The notes under the pieces were generated by a model, which did no database searches, was not told where the DNA came from, and saw only the letters and a list, made by a program, of their open reading frames with translations. From NCBI GenBank assembly GCA_034178815.1, contig JAXFQS010000084.1, positions 2,112-66,111 on the forward strand: a stretch of 64,000 nucleotides of DNA. The letters run 5' to 3'. Shown piece by piece: positions 9,743 to 18,757 of the stretch (the stretch's first letter is position 1; each line of letters starts with the position of its first letter). A program made the translations under genes and the position numbers. This DNA is from Kiritimatiellia bacterium (lineage in GTDB: Bacteria > Verrucomicrobiota > Kiritimatiellia > RFP12 > DVOR01).

Positions 9743-9768
9743 TCAGAGGGACACAGCCTGTCGAACGG

Positions 9769-12700
9769 CTAGAAGTGGCGCGGCCCCAGCGCCGGGCCAA
9801 GCGAACGCTCCTGCTGAAGCAGTTTCAACGCCTCGGGGATACGCTGCCTCAGTTGCGACACCTGGCTCAACCGCTTCAGCGCCGTCTCGCCGCCAACCTT
9901 GAGCGCCTGAAGCAACGCCTGGTGCCCATACTGCACCTGCCCTACTTCGTAGTAGAGAATTGCCAAGTTCCCCCACATCATCCAGTCATTCGGACAGAGT
10001 TTCAGATAGCGGGAATAGATGCTCATCACGGGCTTGTACGCCTGCGCCTGAAGCGCCGCTTGGAGCAGCGTCTGCAATTGTTCAGGCGAGAGATTGGGAT
10101 ACTTCAACGCCCGATCGATAGCCGTTGCCGCCGCCTCCAAGCGGCGCATTGTCGCCAGCACACGGGCAATCGTGCAAAGATCGGCAGGCGCCAAATTGGG
10201 AATCTTGAGCAGTTGCTCGTAGGCCTGCCCCGCGTGAAGCCCATCGCCCAAGTCATAATAGGCGGAAGCCAGCGTGGCGAGTTCCTTCGGAGAAATGGTT
10301 CCATTGCCCATTTTCGGCGCCAACGCAGCAACAGTCTGGCGCGCCTTGAGCACCCCTTCGAGGTTCGCGCAAAGACCAAGCGAACGCGTATTCTTCGGAT
10401 CTCTGGCGTTGAACTCGCGCAGCACGCGAAGCGCTTCCTCCAGCCGGTTTTGGGGAATCAGCACCTCTTGAACCAGGCGGAAGTTGGCCTCCGGGCTGAC
10501 CGGGTAGAGCGCACGCCCCTGCTCGAAAGCAATCTCGCTCTCGCGCCTCATGCCGCGATTGGCATAGAGCCCCGCCAACGCGCAACGCAACTTCGAGAAA
10601 GATTTCTGCGCGACCAAATCGCGACGGAATTTGCGGTCACGGGTCAACCGCCGCAGGTACCAGTCCCAGAAATCCAAGTCGGCATTCGCCGTCCTTCTGT
10701 CCAGCGGAGTCTCCTTCGCGTTGATCTTCATAATCAGGCCGTGCGGCGAGAGGTAAGGATACATCCACGGAATGACATAACTCTCTTCGAGATAGAAGTC
10801 GTGGCGAGCGATATTCTTCTCCCACATCATACGGCAAAGGATGCCGTTGATTTCCATGACCCCGAGTGCTCCTGAGACTTGAACGCGGCCGTTTTCCACC
10901 CGCAAATCGGCGTTGGCGGCGCGCTTGCCCTGATTGACCTCTTCGACATAGATTTGGAACGCCTTTGCCGAATCATCCGCCGAAGGGATCCACATCTGAT
11001 TGCCGTAAAGATCGCGTTCGACCGACATATAGGTGCCATCGGCGAGGGCATTCTGCGTGATGAGAAAGACATCCGGCCGCACATTCGCCGCATAGATCAT
11101 ATAGGTCGGCACGAAACGCCCTGGATCGGTTCCGCCGAAGAAGACGGCATTCGTGGTCATTGCCGGAGGATAGAGCGGATTGGGCAGAGGTTCTTCGTCG
11201 GGGGCGAGTTCTTCACGAATCGCGTCCGCCCCGCGCAACTGGTAATTGCCGAACTGCCAACCATAGTCGTGCCCATTCTGCTCGGCGGCACTGGCCTTGA
11301 AAACCAGATGGTCGTTCATAAAGTTCTCCCATACCGGCACGAGCGGCACCATCAGGGCAAGCACCGTAGCCCCAAGGCACGCCGGACGGAAGCAACTCGG
11401 CAGGTACTTGGCGCACACCTCCGCGCCAACGAAGAGCGCCAGAATCAACCCGTAGCCAATCCAGAGGGAATAGAGACCGTGGGAGGAGATGAACTTCACC
11501 TTCTGGATGAAGTAGTCCTGCAAATCGCCCGTGGGGTTGGCCAAAGCGATGAGCATGACCGACATCACCAGAAAGGCCAACATCGTGCCGATGAGCCATT
11601 GGCGGCTAAGCGGCGAAAACTCCTGGTGAAGCACGCAGTCGGCATCCGTCTTGCTGCCAGATGGGAGGAAGTTCCAAGCAAGCAAAAGCGCGCCGAATGT
11701 CAATCCAAATCCGAGGAAGATTGAGACAACACTGATGAGAACGGGCAAATGAGTGTGCCATATTGGAGTGTGCCACATTGTCGGCAGGACAGCCAACAAG
11801 ATACGCGAAACCAACGCCCCGATTCCCAGCACGATTCCGACAATCGCCAAGCCGCGCGTGATACCCTCGGCGGTCATTCTGTCACGCCAGGAATCGCGGG
11901 CTATCGAGACCACTTGCGACAGCCCAATGGTCACGAATCCAACGGCGCTGAGCAACACCATCCCGCCCATCAGATACTTGTCGATACGCCAAAGCGGCTC
12001 GGTCTGGAAGAGTTCTGCTATGAAAACCACCAGGGCGCAGAACAGGAAGAGCACAACGGCGGGCAGCAGCATCCGGATTCGGCGATTGCGCCAGATGAAG
12101 TTCCAGGCGGAGAATGGCAGAATCGCCAACGGCGCGACCAGCAGGGTGAATTGGACGCGCACATCGGTGAAGTAGTCGCCCAGTTGCTGGAGAAAGCGTT
12201 CAGTGAAGATGCTCTGGGCCGAAATCTGCTCGTACTGCCCGCGCGTAATGGCGTGCTTGAAGCCTTCCCAAGTCCGCGGATAGCCCCAGTTCATCGGGGG
12301 ATTGCGCAGGTCGGAGACGATTGGCATGTAGGCGTAGAAACTCACGCCCAATTCGCAGAAGAAGATGGTCGCGGCGACCGTTCTTCCGTTGGGCAGACAA
12401 ATCAAAGCCAGCCCGAGCAGGAGGAAGTTCCACAACACCGGCCACCAGAACCACCAGGTGCTGGGGTGGGACAGTCCTAGGAGCGCACCTTTGCGCAACA
12501 GCAGGTAGACCGTCAACTGCACAAACGCCACCGCCACCGCGAAGAAGGTGGCGCCTCGGGTCAGCGCGGATGTGACCGTCAGATAGACTAGTAGCGCCAC
12601 GACCACAACACCGACCGAGAGCCAATCCTGTATAGGACCGCGGAACCCTGTCGGTATGGATTGGGTAGGGAGCATTCCTATGACCACCAGCAAAACCAAC

Positions 12701-13905
12701 GCAACTACGCCAAGGGCGACAACAATGGGAACCAGGTCGGAGAAGCGTCTGCCCTGGTTGGAGAGCAATCCGCCGATGGCCGACAACCCGATTGCGACCA
12801 GAACGAGGAGTCCAATCCAGCAATAGGTCGCCGGCGCAATCAAAGGTGCCCAGTCGAGATGGGCGTCCACGACCGGAGCCGTGGTCGAGAACCTAGCGGC
12901 AAGGGCGACAAGCACCGCGCCGACGATTAGAGGAGCCGCGAGGAGCAACATCTGCCAGTCAAGCGGCCTCTTGGCAAAAGTATTGAGGCGCGAATCCGGG
13001 CGCGAAACGGCAACCTTGGTCAGAAGCGTCAACGGCACGACAAGGCAGAGGCAGGCAACGCCCGAAACCAGCAGCCCGGCGTGCGGATAGGCGAAACGCG
13101 CCCCTGGTTCAACGAGTGGACGCAGGATGCAAGGGGTCGAACTGGTGGCTCCGGGGAATGCCGTAGGCAGGGCGCCGAGCTGCAACATCCAGGCCGTCAG
13201 AAGGATGGGAATCGCCACCAGAACAAAGTCCCGGAAAAGGCTGGCGTTGCGCATGAAGATGATGAAGGCGAGCGGCACCGCCGCCAGCAGGAGCACCTGG
13301 TAGTTGGTCAGTCCGAGACCAAAAACAAAGGCCAACAGCCAGAGCGTTTTGTCGCGCGGGGCTTTCATCCACTGGTAGGTCAAGAGAAACACCCACATCA
13401 GGAAAAGCGCACCAAGAGAGTAGACCTCGACAATCGTCGACTGAGACCACATCACCGGAGAGAAGGCAAAGGCCAGTGCGCCGCCAACTCCGCCGGCCCA
13501 ACTGAACAGCGTGTCAAAAGCGGAAGACTTCTCCTCCTCCCGTCCGTTCCCACCGCGCAAATCGCTGAGCATGTCAGAGCCGGATCGCGTGATGAGCATC
13601 GCCGTGATGCCAGCCGCCAAAGCGCCCGCAACCGCCGAAGCCAGCGACACGGCGTAGGCCGGCGTAGGCTGGCCTCGGAAAGTAACCCAGTCGAACAGAC
13701 GGCAGAAACCCCAACAGATCATCGTCCAGATGGGATAGCCGGGCGGATGGGGAACGCCGAGTGCGTTGGCGGCGGTAGCCAACTCGCCCGAATCTTCCAA
13801 CCCGACAGAGGGCCCCAAGGTGAAGAAGTAGACGAGGAACGCCACGAGTGTGCCGGTCCAGAACGAAGCCCAATCGACGCGGCGGAAGAAGGAAGTGTTT
13901 TGCAT
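9769..13905 (-). CDS. giant polytopic membrane protein: N-terminal DUF2723 (GT-C/TMEM260-like glycosyltransferase fold) plus many TM helices and C-terminal TPR repeats
   Basis: N-terminus FFTLGPSVGLEDSGELATAANALGVPHPPGYPIW typical of DUF2723; long hydrophobic core; C-terminal TPR-like helical repeats; 21-nt downstream of topA (same strand). Confidence 0.5.
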   Translation of the reverse strand: MQNTSFFRRVDWASFWTGTLVAFLVYFFTLGPSVGLEDSGELATAANALGVPHPPGYPIWTMICWGFCRLFDWVTFRGQPTPAYAVSLASAVAGALAAGITAMLITRSGSDMLSDLRGGNGREEEKSSAFDTLFSWAGGVGGALAFAFSPVMWSQSTIVEVYSLGALFLMWVFLLTYQWMKAPRDKTLWLLAFVFGLGLTNYQVLLLAAVPLAFIIFMRNASLFRDFVLVAIPILLTAWMLQLGALPTAFPGATSSTPCILRPLVEPGARFAYPHAGLLVSGVACLCLVVPLTLLTKVAVSRPDSRLNTFAKRPLDWQMLLLAAPLIVGAVLVALAARFSTTAPVVDAHLDWAPLIAPATYCWIGLLVLVAIGLSAIGGLLSNQGRRFSDLVPIVVALGVVALVLLVVIGMLPTQSIPTGFRGPIQDWLSVGVVVVALLVYLTVTSALTRGATFFAVAVAFVQLTVYLLLRKGALLGLSHPSTWWFWWPVLWNFLLLGLALICLPNGRTVAATIFFCELGVSFYAYMPIVSDLRNPPMNWGYPRTWEGFKHAITRGQYEQISAQSIFTERFLQQLGDYFTDVRVQFTLLVAPLAILPFSAWNFIWRNRRIRMLLPAVVLFLFCALVVFIAELFQTEPLWRIDKYLMGGMVLLSAVGFVTIGLSQVVSIARDSWRDRMTAEGITRGLAIVGIVLGIGALVSRILLAVLPTMWHTPIWHTHLPVLISVVSIFLGFGLTFGALLLAWNFLPSGSKTDADCVLHQEFSPLSRQWLIGTMLAFLVMSVMLIALANPTGDLQDYFIQKVKFISSHGLYSLWIGYGLILALFVGAEVCAKYLPSCFRPACLGATVLALMVPLVPVWENFMNDHLVFKASAAEQNGHDYGWQFGNYQLRGADAIREELAPDEEPLPNPLYPPAMTTNAVFFGGTDPGRFVPTYMIYAANVRPDVFLITQNALADGTYMSVERDLYGNQMWIPSADDSAKAFQIYVEEVNQGKRAANADLRVENGRVQVSGALGVMEINGILCRMMWEKNIARHDFYLEESYVIPWMYPYLSPHGLIMKINAKETPLDRRTANADLDFWDWYLRRLTRDRKFRRDLVAQKSFSKLRCALAGLYANRGMRRESEIAFEQGRALYPVSPEANFRLVQEVLIPQNRLEEALRVLREFNARDPKNTRSLGLCANLEGVLKARQTVAALAPKMGNGTISPKELATLASAYYDLGDGLHAGQAYEQLLKIPNLAPADLCTIARVLATMRRLEAAATAIDRALKYPNLSPEQLQTLLQAALQAQAYKPVMSIYSRYLKLCPNDWMMWGNLAILYYEVGQVQYGHQALLQALKVGGETALKRLSQVSQLRQRIPEALKLLQQERSLGPALGPRHF

Positions 13906-13926
13906 AACGGTTGCGCCTTGGAAAGG

Positions 13927-16464
13927 TTAGGCTTTAGCAGGCGGAGGATTCAGGCCATATTGGGCGGCCAACTGGTCGAAGTCGGCAATCTGCTCGCGAT
14001 ACTTGACCACCAGACGCTTGAGTACCTGCACCTGCTTAGGCGAGAGGTAGGCCTTCTGCGCGTACTGGCGAGAGAGGCTGGAGAAGAACGACTTGTCGTC
14101 ATAAGTCATACGCCCTCGTTTGAACGGCTCGGCCCACTCTTTGACCGAGTCGAGGGCGCGAATAATATCTTGAAGCCCCGCTTGGGCAGGATCCTCCTTG
14201 GGCGGCTCATCTGGAACATCGAGCCCCAATTCGCGCAACCGGGCCGAACCATTATCCAACTTCCGAACACTACGAAGCAGCATCCGGTCAAGAGCCCGCG
14301 CCTGGGCCGGTGAGAGCGCACGGCCGCCCGCGACCTGAGCCTTGATAGAGTCGACAAAGCGGCGCGTCTCGTCAGGCAACTGGAGTTCGGCCAGCAAAGC
14401 AAAGCGAGCCTCGGCTGCGCTCGTGTCGGGAGCATCGGAAGATTGGGGCTCCTCCGCCTGGTAGCCAAGACCGGCAAGCACGGACTCCGCCGTCGGCAAC
14501 TGCTCCCTGTACCTCTGCGCCAGCCGGATAAGCGACGCAAGTTGACGGTCGCTAATGCGATCAGGTGTCTCAGCGAACTGGCGGGAGATGGATTCGACGA
14601 ACTTGTGGTCGTCCAGCGTGCGGCGACCGTATTTGACCGGCTCGTGCCACTCCTTGACCCCGGAGAGCAGTTCGAGCAACACCTGGACGCGCTTGGGGTC
14701 GGCAGCCGGATCTTGTGTGTGCGCCATCCAGTCGCTGAAGTCGGAATAGAACTTGGCCATCATTTCGGTCCAAGGCACGGTGCCGTGTTCGACATGGTCG
14801 AGTTTGGACTCCATATCGGCGGTGAAGTCGACATTGACGAGGTTGCCGAGTTTGGCGACCAGCAGGTCGTTGACCTGAAACCCGAAGTCTGTCGGGGCGA
14901 TTTGACGCTTGTTCCGGGAGATGTACTTGCGGGCGTCGAGGGTCTCAATGATGGCGGCGTAGGTGGACGGACGACCGACTCCGTTGCTCTCAAGGGCTTT
15001 GATGAGTGAGGCTTCGCTGAAACGCTTCGGGGGCTTGGTCTCTTTCCGGGTTGTGAGCCATTCGAGAGGCTGGAGACGATCGCCCACAACCAGTTCGGGG
15101 AGCGTATCGGGTTCTTCGTCCTCGTCGTCATCGTCCTCGGCAATATCACTCTGGGGCTTGCGGGCCTTCTTGGGATCGGCCTTGAGGACACGCTGGAAGC
15201 CGGGGAAGAGCACCTCGGTGGCGGAAGCGCTGAAGAGGTAGGAATGCGCTTGCTCCGGAGGCGGAGTCGAAAGGATTTCAACGGTATGTTGCCTCAGTTT
15301 CTGGGGGGCCATTTGGCTGGCGACGAAACGCCGCCAAATCAGGTCGTAAAGCTTGAAGGCAGGTGGGTCGAGCAAAGGGCGAACCTTTTCCGGCGTCAGG
15401 TTGACATCGGTGGGACGAATAGCCTCGTGCGCCTCCTGGGCATTGGTTCGGCTGGAGAAGAAGTTGGGCTTGGCCGGATAGTAGTCGGTGCCATAATGCT
15501 CCAAGATGAAGGTCTTAGCCGCCGTGCGCGCCTCCTGGGAGAGGTTGACGGAGTCCGTTCGCATATAGGTAATCAATCCGACCGGCGCTCCGTTGATTTC
15601 GACGCCTTCGTAAAGGTGCTGCGCCAGCGACATCGTGCGCGAGGGGGAAAAGCCGCAGAAGCTCGATGCCGCCTGCTGGAGGGTGGAGGTGATAAAGGGC
15701 GGCACGGCTCGGCGGAGAATGTCCTTGGTCTGCAAATCCTTGACGACCAGTGCGCGGCCTTCCAGTTGCGAAAGATGCGCCTGGGCGGCTGTTTCATCGG
15801 AAATCGTGACCTTGGCCTGTCCATCGATACGGGCCAGTCGCGCGGTGAAACTCTCATTGCCCTTGGCGACCTTCACGCCCATAACCCAGTAGGCTTCAGG
15901 CTTGAACTGGAGGATTTCGCGTTCGCGCTCGCAGACGAGCCTCAGGGCAACGGACTGGACACGGCCGGCGGAGGCTCCCCGGCGCACCTTTCTCCAAAGC
16001 ATAGGGCTGACTTGGTAGCCGACAATGCGGTCTAGCACGCGGCGAGCCTGCTGGGCATTGACGCGGTCGATATCGATTTCGCCAGGATGGGCGAAGGCAT
16101 TGCGGACGGCGTGCTCGGTGATTTCGTTGTATTGAACGCGCTTGAACTCGGCCTTGGGGGCGGCCTTTTGAAGCACTTCGCGCAGATGCCAGGCTATGGC
16201 CTCCCCTTCGCGGTCAGGGTCGGGGGCAAGGTAAATAGTGGGGCATTCCTTGGCGGCCTTGCGCAGTTCCTCAACTAACTTCTTCTTGTTCTTGGCGATG
16301 ACATATTCGGGTTTGAAGCCGTGCTCGATGTCCACGCCCAGCATCCGCTCTGGCAAATCGCGGATGTGCCCGACAGACGATTTGACGAGGTAGTCGGGGC
16401 CGAGAATCTTGCCGATGGTTTTGGCCTTGGCGGGAGATTCGACGATAACAAGTTGCTTAGCCAT
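13927..16464 (-). CDS. topA: DNA topoisomerase I with non-canonical Cys-free tandem C-terminal repeats
   Basis: Toprim N-terminus MAKQLVIVESPAKAKTIGKILG, GHIRDLP, active-site region; C-terminal approx. 240 aa contains two approx. 100-aa repeats (VKEWxEPxKxGRxTxDDxxF..SRQxA...YREQ) instead of Zn ribbons. Confidence 0.85.
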   Translation of the reverse strand: MAKQLVIVESPAKAKTIGKILGPDYLVKSSVGHIRDLPERMLGVDIEHGFKPEYVIAKNKKKLVEELRKAAKECPTIYLAPDPDREGEAIAWHLREVLQKAAPKAEFKRVQYNEITEHAVRNAFAHPGEIDIDRVNAQQARRVLDRIVGYQVSPMLWRKVRRGASAGRVQSVALRLVCEREREILQFKPEAYWVMGVKVAKGNESFTARLARIDGQAKVTISDETAAQAHLSQLEGRALVVKDLQTKDILRRAVPPFITSTLQQAASSFCGFSPSRTMSLAQHLYEGVEINGAPVGLITYMRTDSVNLSQEARTAAKTFILEHYGTDYYPAKPNFFSSRTNAQEAHEAIRPTDVNLTPEKVRPLLDPPAFKLYDLIWRRFVASQMAPQKLRQHTVEILSTPPPEQAHSYLFSASATEVLFPGFQRVLKADPKKARKPQSDIAEDDDDEDEEPDTLPELVVGDRLQPLEWLTTRKETKPPKRFSEASLIKALESNGVGRPSTYAAIIETLDARKYISRNKRQIAPTDFGFQVNDLLVAKLGNLVNVDFTADMESKLDHVEHGTVPWTEMMAKFYSDFSDWMAHTQDPAADPKRVQVLLELLSGVKEWHEPVKYGRRTLDDHKFVESISRQFAETPDRISDRQLASLIRLAQRYREQLPTAESVLAGLGYQAEEPQSSDAPDTSAAEARFALLAELQLPDETRRFVDSIKAQVAGGRALSPAQARALDRMLLRSVRKLDNGSARLRELGLDVPDEPPKEDPAQAGLQDIIRALDSVKEWAEPFKRGRMTYDDKSFFSSLSRQYAQKAYLSPKQVQVLKRLVVKYREQIADFDQLAAQYGLNPPPAKA

Positions 16465-16691
16465 AAGTCGTTCCGTGAGAAAATGGGTTGTCCGACCGGG
16501 AAGGGAGGCATCGCACCGGCTCGGACGGATTACGAGCGGAAGTAATAGCATATTTTCCCGCCGAATGCAAGCCCCATATATAATGTGTCGGGGGCGTGTC
16601 CCCGCTTGGCGGCAGAATGTTTCCTTTTTTGCTTTCTTCGGCAGTTTGGCCCCGACAAAAGCGCGGTACGGACGGTGGGGCGCAAGAAATG

Positions 16692-16720
16692 TTGAACTTG
16701 GCTCTGCGTTGTGTTAGAAT
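16692..16720 (+). promoter_or_regulatory. sigma70-like promoter TTGAAC-17nt-TAGAAT upstream of esterase gene; -10 abuts start codon (possible leaderless mRNA)
   Basis: sequence match only; predicted TSS coincides with ATG at 16727 although a GGAGG lies between. Confidence 0.3.
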
Positions 16721-16726
16721 GGAGGC

Positions 16727-18475
16727 ATGAAACGCGCACTTACCAAACTACACCTTTTCGTTTTTGCCTGCTTCCTCCTGTTGGTGGCACCAGTCGCCAC
16801 GGGGGAGCGGATTCCCCTTTGGCCTGAGGGTAAAATCCCCTTCTTCCAGCCCCATCAAATCGCCGCAATGACGGATGAGGCCGACAAGCCTGGCTTCAAG
16901 CCCGAGGAGCACCGCATGCCCTACTTGGAGTGGATGACACCGCCTGCGCCTGAAAAGAAGACCGATGCGTGCATGGTGCTCATCTCCGGCGGCGGCTATT
17001 TCAACTGCTGCGATGTGGGGCTGGTGGCGGAGTGGAACCGCAGGCTGACGGCCGAGGGGATTCAATGCGTCAACCTCGTCTACCGCACGCCGCGCCCCAA
17101 AGGGTTGCCCGTCTACGCTTCGGCGTGGGCGGATGGTCAGCGGGCGATTCGCCTGGTGCGCCGCGAGGCGGCGAAGCGCGGATTCAATCCGGAGAAGATC
17201 GGCGTCATCTCCATGTCGGCGGGATCTCATCTGGCGACTTTGCTGGCAACCTCTTCCCAAACGCCCGCCTATGAAAAGGTCGACGCGGTGGATGAGACGC
17301 CCTGCCACATCAACTGGGCCTGCCCGTTTGCGATTGGCTATGCGCTGACCGATGGGCAATATTGCCCCAATACGCGCCAAGGCGACGCCGTCGATGTGCG
17401 GCTGGGAAGCGAATTCAAATTCGACGCAAAGACCTGTCCAATGTGGCTATCCCACGGCGGGGTTGACGAGTATTCGCCGTTCGCCTCAACGCGGGTCTAC
17501 CGCAAACTCCGGGAGTTAAAAGTCCCTGCCGAGTTGCATCTCTACCCCAACCGTCCGCACAGTGCCAACGGACTCGACCGGGCGATTGAGTTCATCCATC
17601 AGATGAACTTCACCGGACGACTCGGGCCGCAAGTAAAACTCTACGACCGCTACACGAACGACACGGCACGGGCGGACTATCAGAAGGAGGACATTTGGCC
17701 TGCCGGACGGATGCCGGATGTGCAGACAAACCAGTGCAAACCCTATCTGGAGTGGCACTTTCCGAAGATGCTCAAGACGCGTGCCATCCAAATCATCTAC
17801 TCCGGCGGCGCCTACTGGGGCAACGGCCCGGACAGTTTCGAAGTCACCCCCATCCGCCGCTACCTCAACGAAAAGGGCATGACGGTTGTCACCATCAAAT
17901 ATCGCGTGCCGCGTCCGGGCAAAGGGCTGGCAAAGCACACAACCGCTTGGCAGGATCTCCAGCGCGCCATCCGCATCGTCAAGCAGCGGGCGCCGCAGTA
18001 CAGCCTCGACCCGAACCGCATCGGCATTATGGGCTCATCCGCCGGCGGTCACCTGACGCTGATGGGGGCGACCAGTTCCCGGCGGCGTTCCTACCTGCCG
18101 ATTGACGAGTTGGACCGGATTGCGTGCAATGTGAACTGGGCGATTGCGGTCTATCCCGCCTATGTACTGACCGATGGCGTGGACGGGGGCAACAAGTATC
18201 GCGGCAACCGCGACGAAGATCGGCTGGTTCGGGACTTTTCGTTCGACCTCGACACGCCGCCGATTTTCTTCATTCACGGCGACTCGGATGTCTACTCGTC
18301 GATGGGCTCGGTCAAGTGCTGGGAGCAACTTGCCCGAATGGGCATTCAGGGGGAACTCCATACCCTCGCGCTGAGAGACCACTGCTTCCAGCGGGAGGCC
18401 TCGCCGGGAACGGGCAGCTACAGTTGGATGGAGCAGATTGAGGCGTTCTTGGTCAAGCAAGGCGCATTTAAGTAA
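16727..18475 (+). CDS. secreted tandem-duplicated alpha/beta-hydrolase (two esterase/lipase domains, HGGG/GxSxG type; carbohydrate esterase-like)
   Basis: signal peptide; two repeats each with oxyanion GGGY/GGAY and nucleophile elbow (ISMSAGSHLA; IMGSSAGGHLT) and C-terminal His (HGGVDEYS; HGDSDVYS). Confidence 0.65.
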   Translation: MKRALTKLHLFVFACFLLLVAPVATGERIPLWPEGKIPFFQPHQIAAMTDEADKPGFKPEEHRMPYLEWMTPPAPEKKTDACMVLISGGGYFNCCDVGLVAEWNRRLTAEGIQCVNLVYRTPRPKGLPVYASAWADGQRAIRLVRREAAKRGFNPEKIGVISMSAGSHLATLLATSSQTPAYEKVDAVDETPCHINWACPFAIGYALTDGQYCPNTRQGDAVDVRLGSEFKFDAKTCPMWLSHGGVDEYSPFASTRVYRKLRELKVPAELHLYPNRPHSANGLDRAIEFIHQMNFTGRLGPQVKLYDRYTNDTARADYQKEDIWPAGRMPDVQTNQCKPYLEWHFPKMLKTRAIQIIYSGGAYWGNGPDSFEVTPIRRYLNEKGMTVVTIKYRVPRPGKGLAKHTTAWQDLQRAIRIVKQRAPQYSLDPNRIGIMGSSAGGHLTLMGATSSRRRSYLPIDELDRIACNVNWAIAVYPAYVLTDGVDGGNKYRGNRDEDRLVRDFSFDLDTPPIFFIHGDSDVYSSMGSVKCWEQLARMGIQGELHTLALRDHCFQREASPGTGSYSWMEQIEAFLVKQGAFK

Positions 18476-18503
18476 ACCATACCCCTCCCCTCGATTCAGG
18501 CAG

Positions 18504-18549
18504 CCGCGCCGGACACCGTCGGAAAACGGGTTCGGCGCGCGCTTTTTTC
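18504..18549 (+). terminator. GC-rich hairpin followed by T6; candidate intrinsic terminator of esterase gene
   Basis: gcgccgg...cggcgcgcgcTTTTTT directly downstream of stop at 18475. Confidence 0.35.
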
Positions 18550-18706
18550 TCCGCAGGCGGCGGATAGGCAGGGATGGGGGGCAAAGGTGCCTACCCGAAG
18601 CGTGCGAAGGTTGCTCTCATCCGAGGCCAAAGGTTGATACCCGCCGCGCCCCGAGGGAGCCACCAGACGATGGCTGCGGAAAGTTGCCCCAAGAGGCAAC
18701 CGCGGC

Positions 18707-18735
18707 TTGCGCATCTGGGTCAAAGATGGTAGAGT
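18707..18735 (+). promoter_or_regulatory. candidate promoter TTGCGC-17nt-TAGAGT for topoisomerase B-subunit gene
   Basis: sequence match; lies about 22 nt upstream of GGGAG RBS and ATG 18758. Confidence 0.3.
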
Positions 18736-18757
18736 ATCGCACGCAATCCGGGAGTCC

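Noticed and set aside
8464-9768. Possibility that the Dam-family MTase is part of a type II restriction-modification system
   Set aside because: No candidate endonuclease ORF on either strand between 8464 and the convergent DUF2723 gene; upstream partner is an exosortase.
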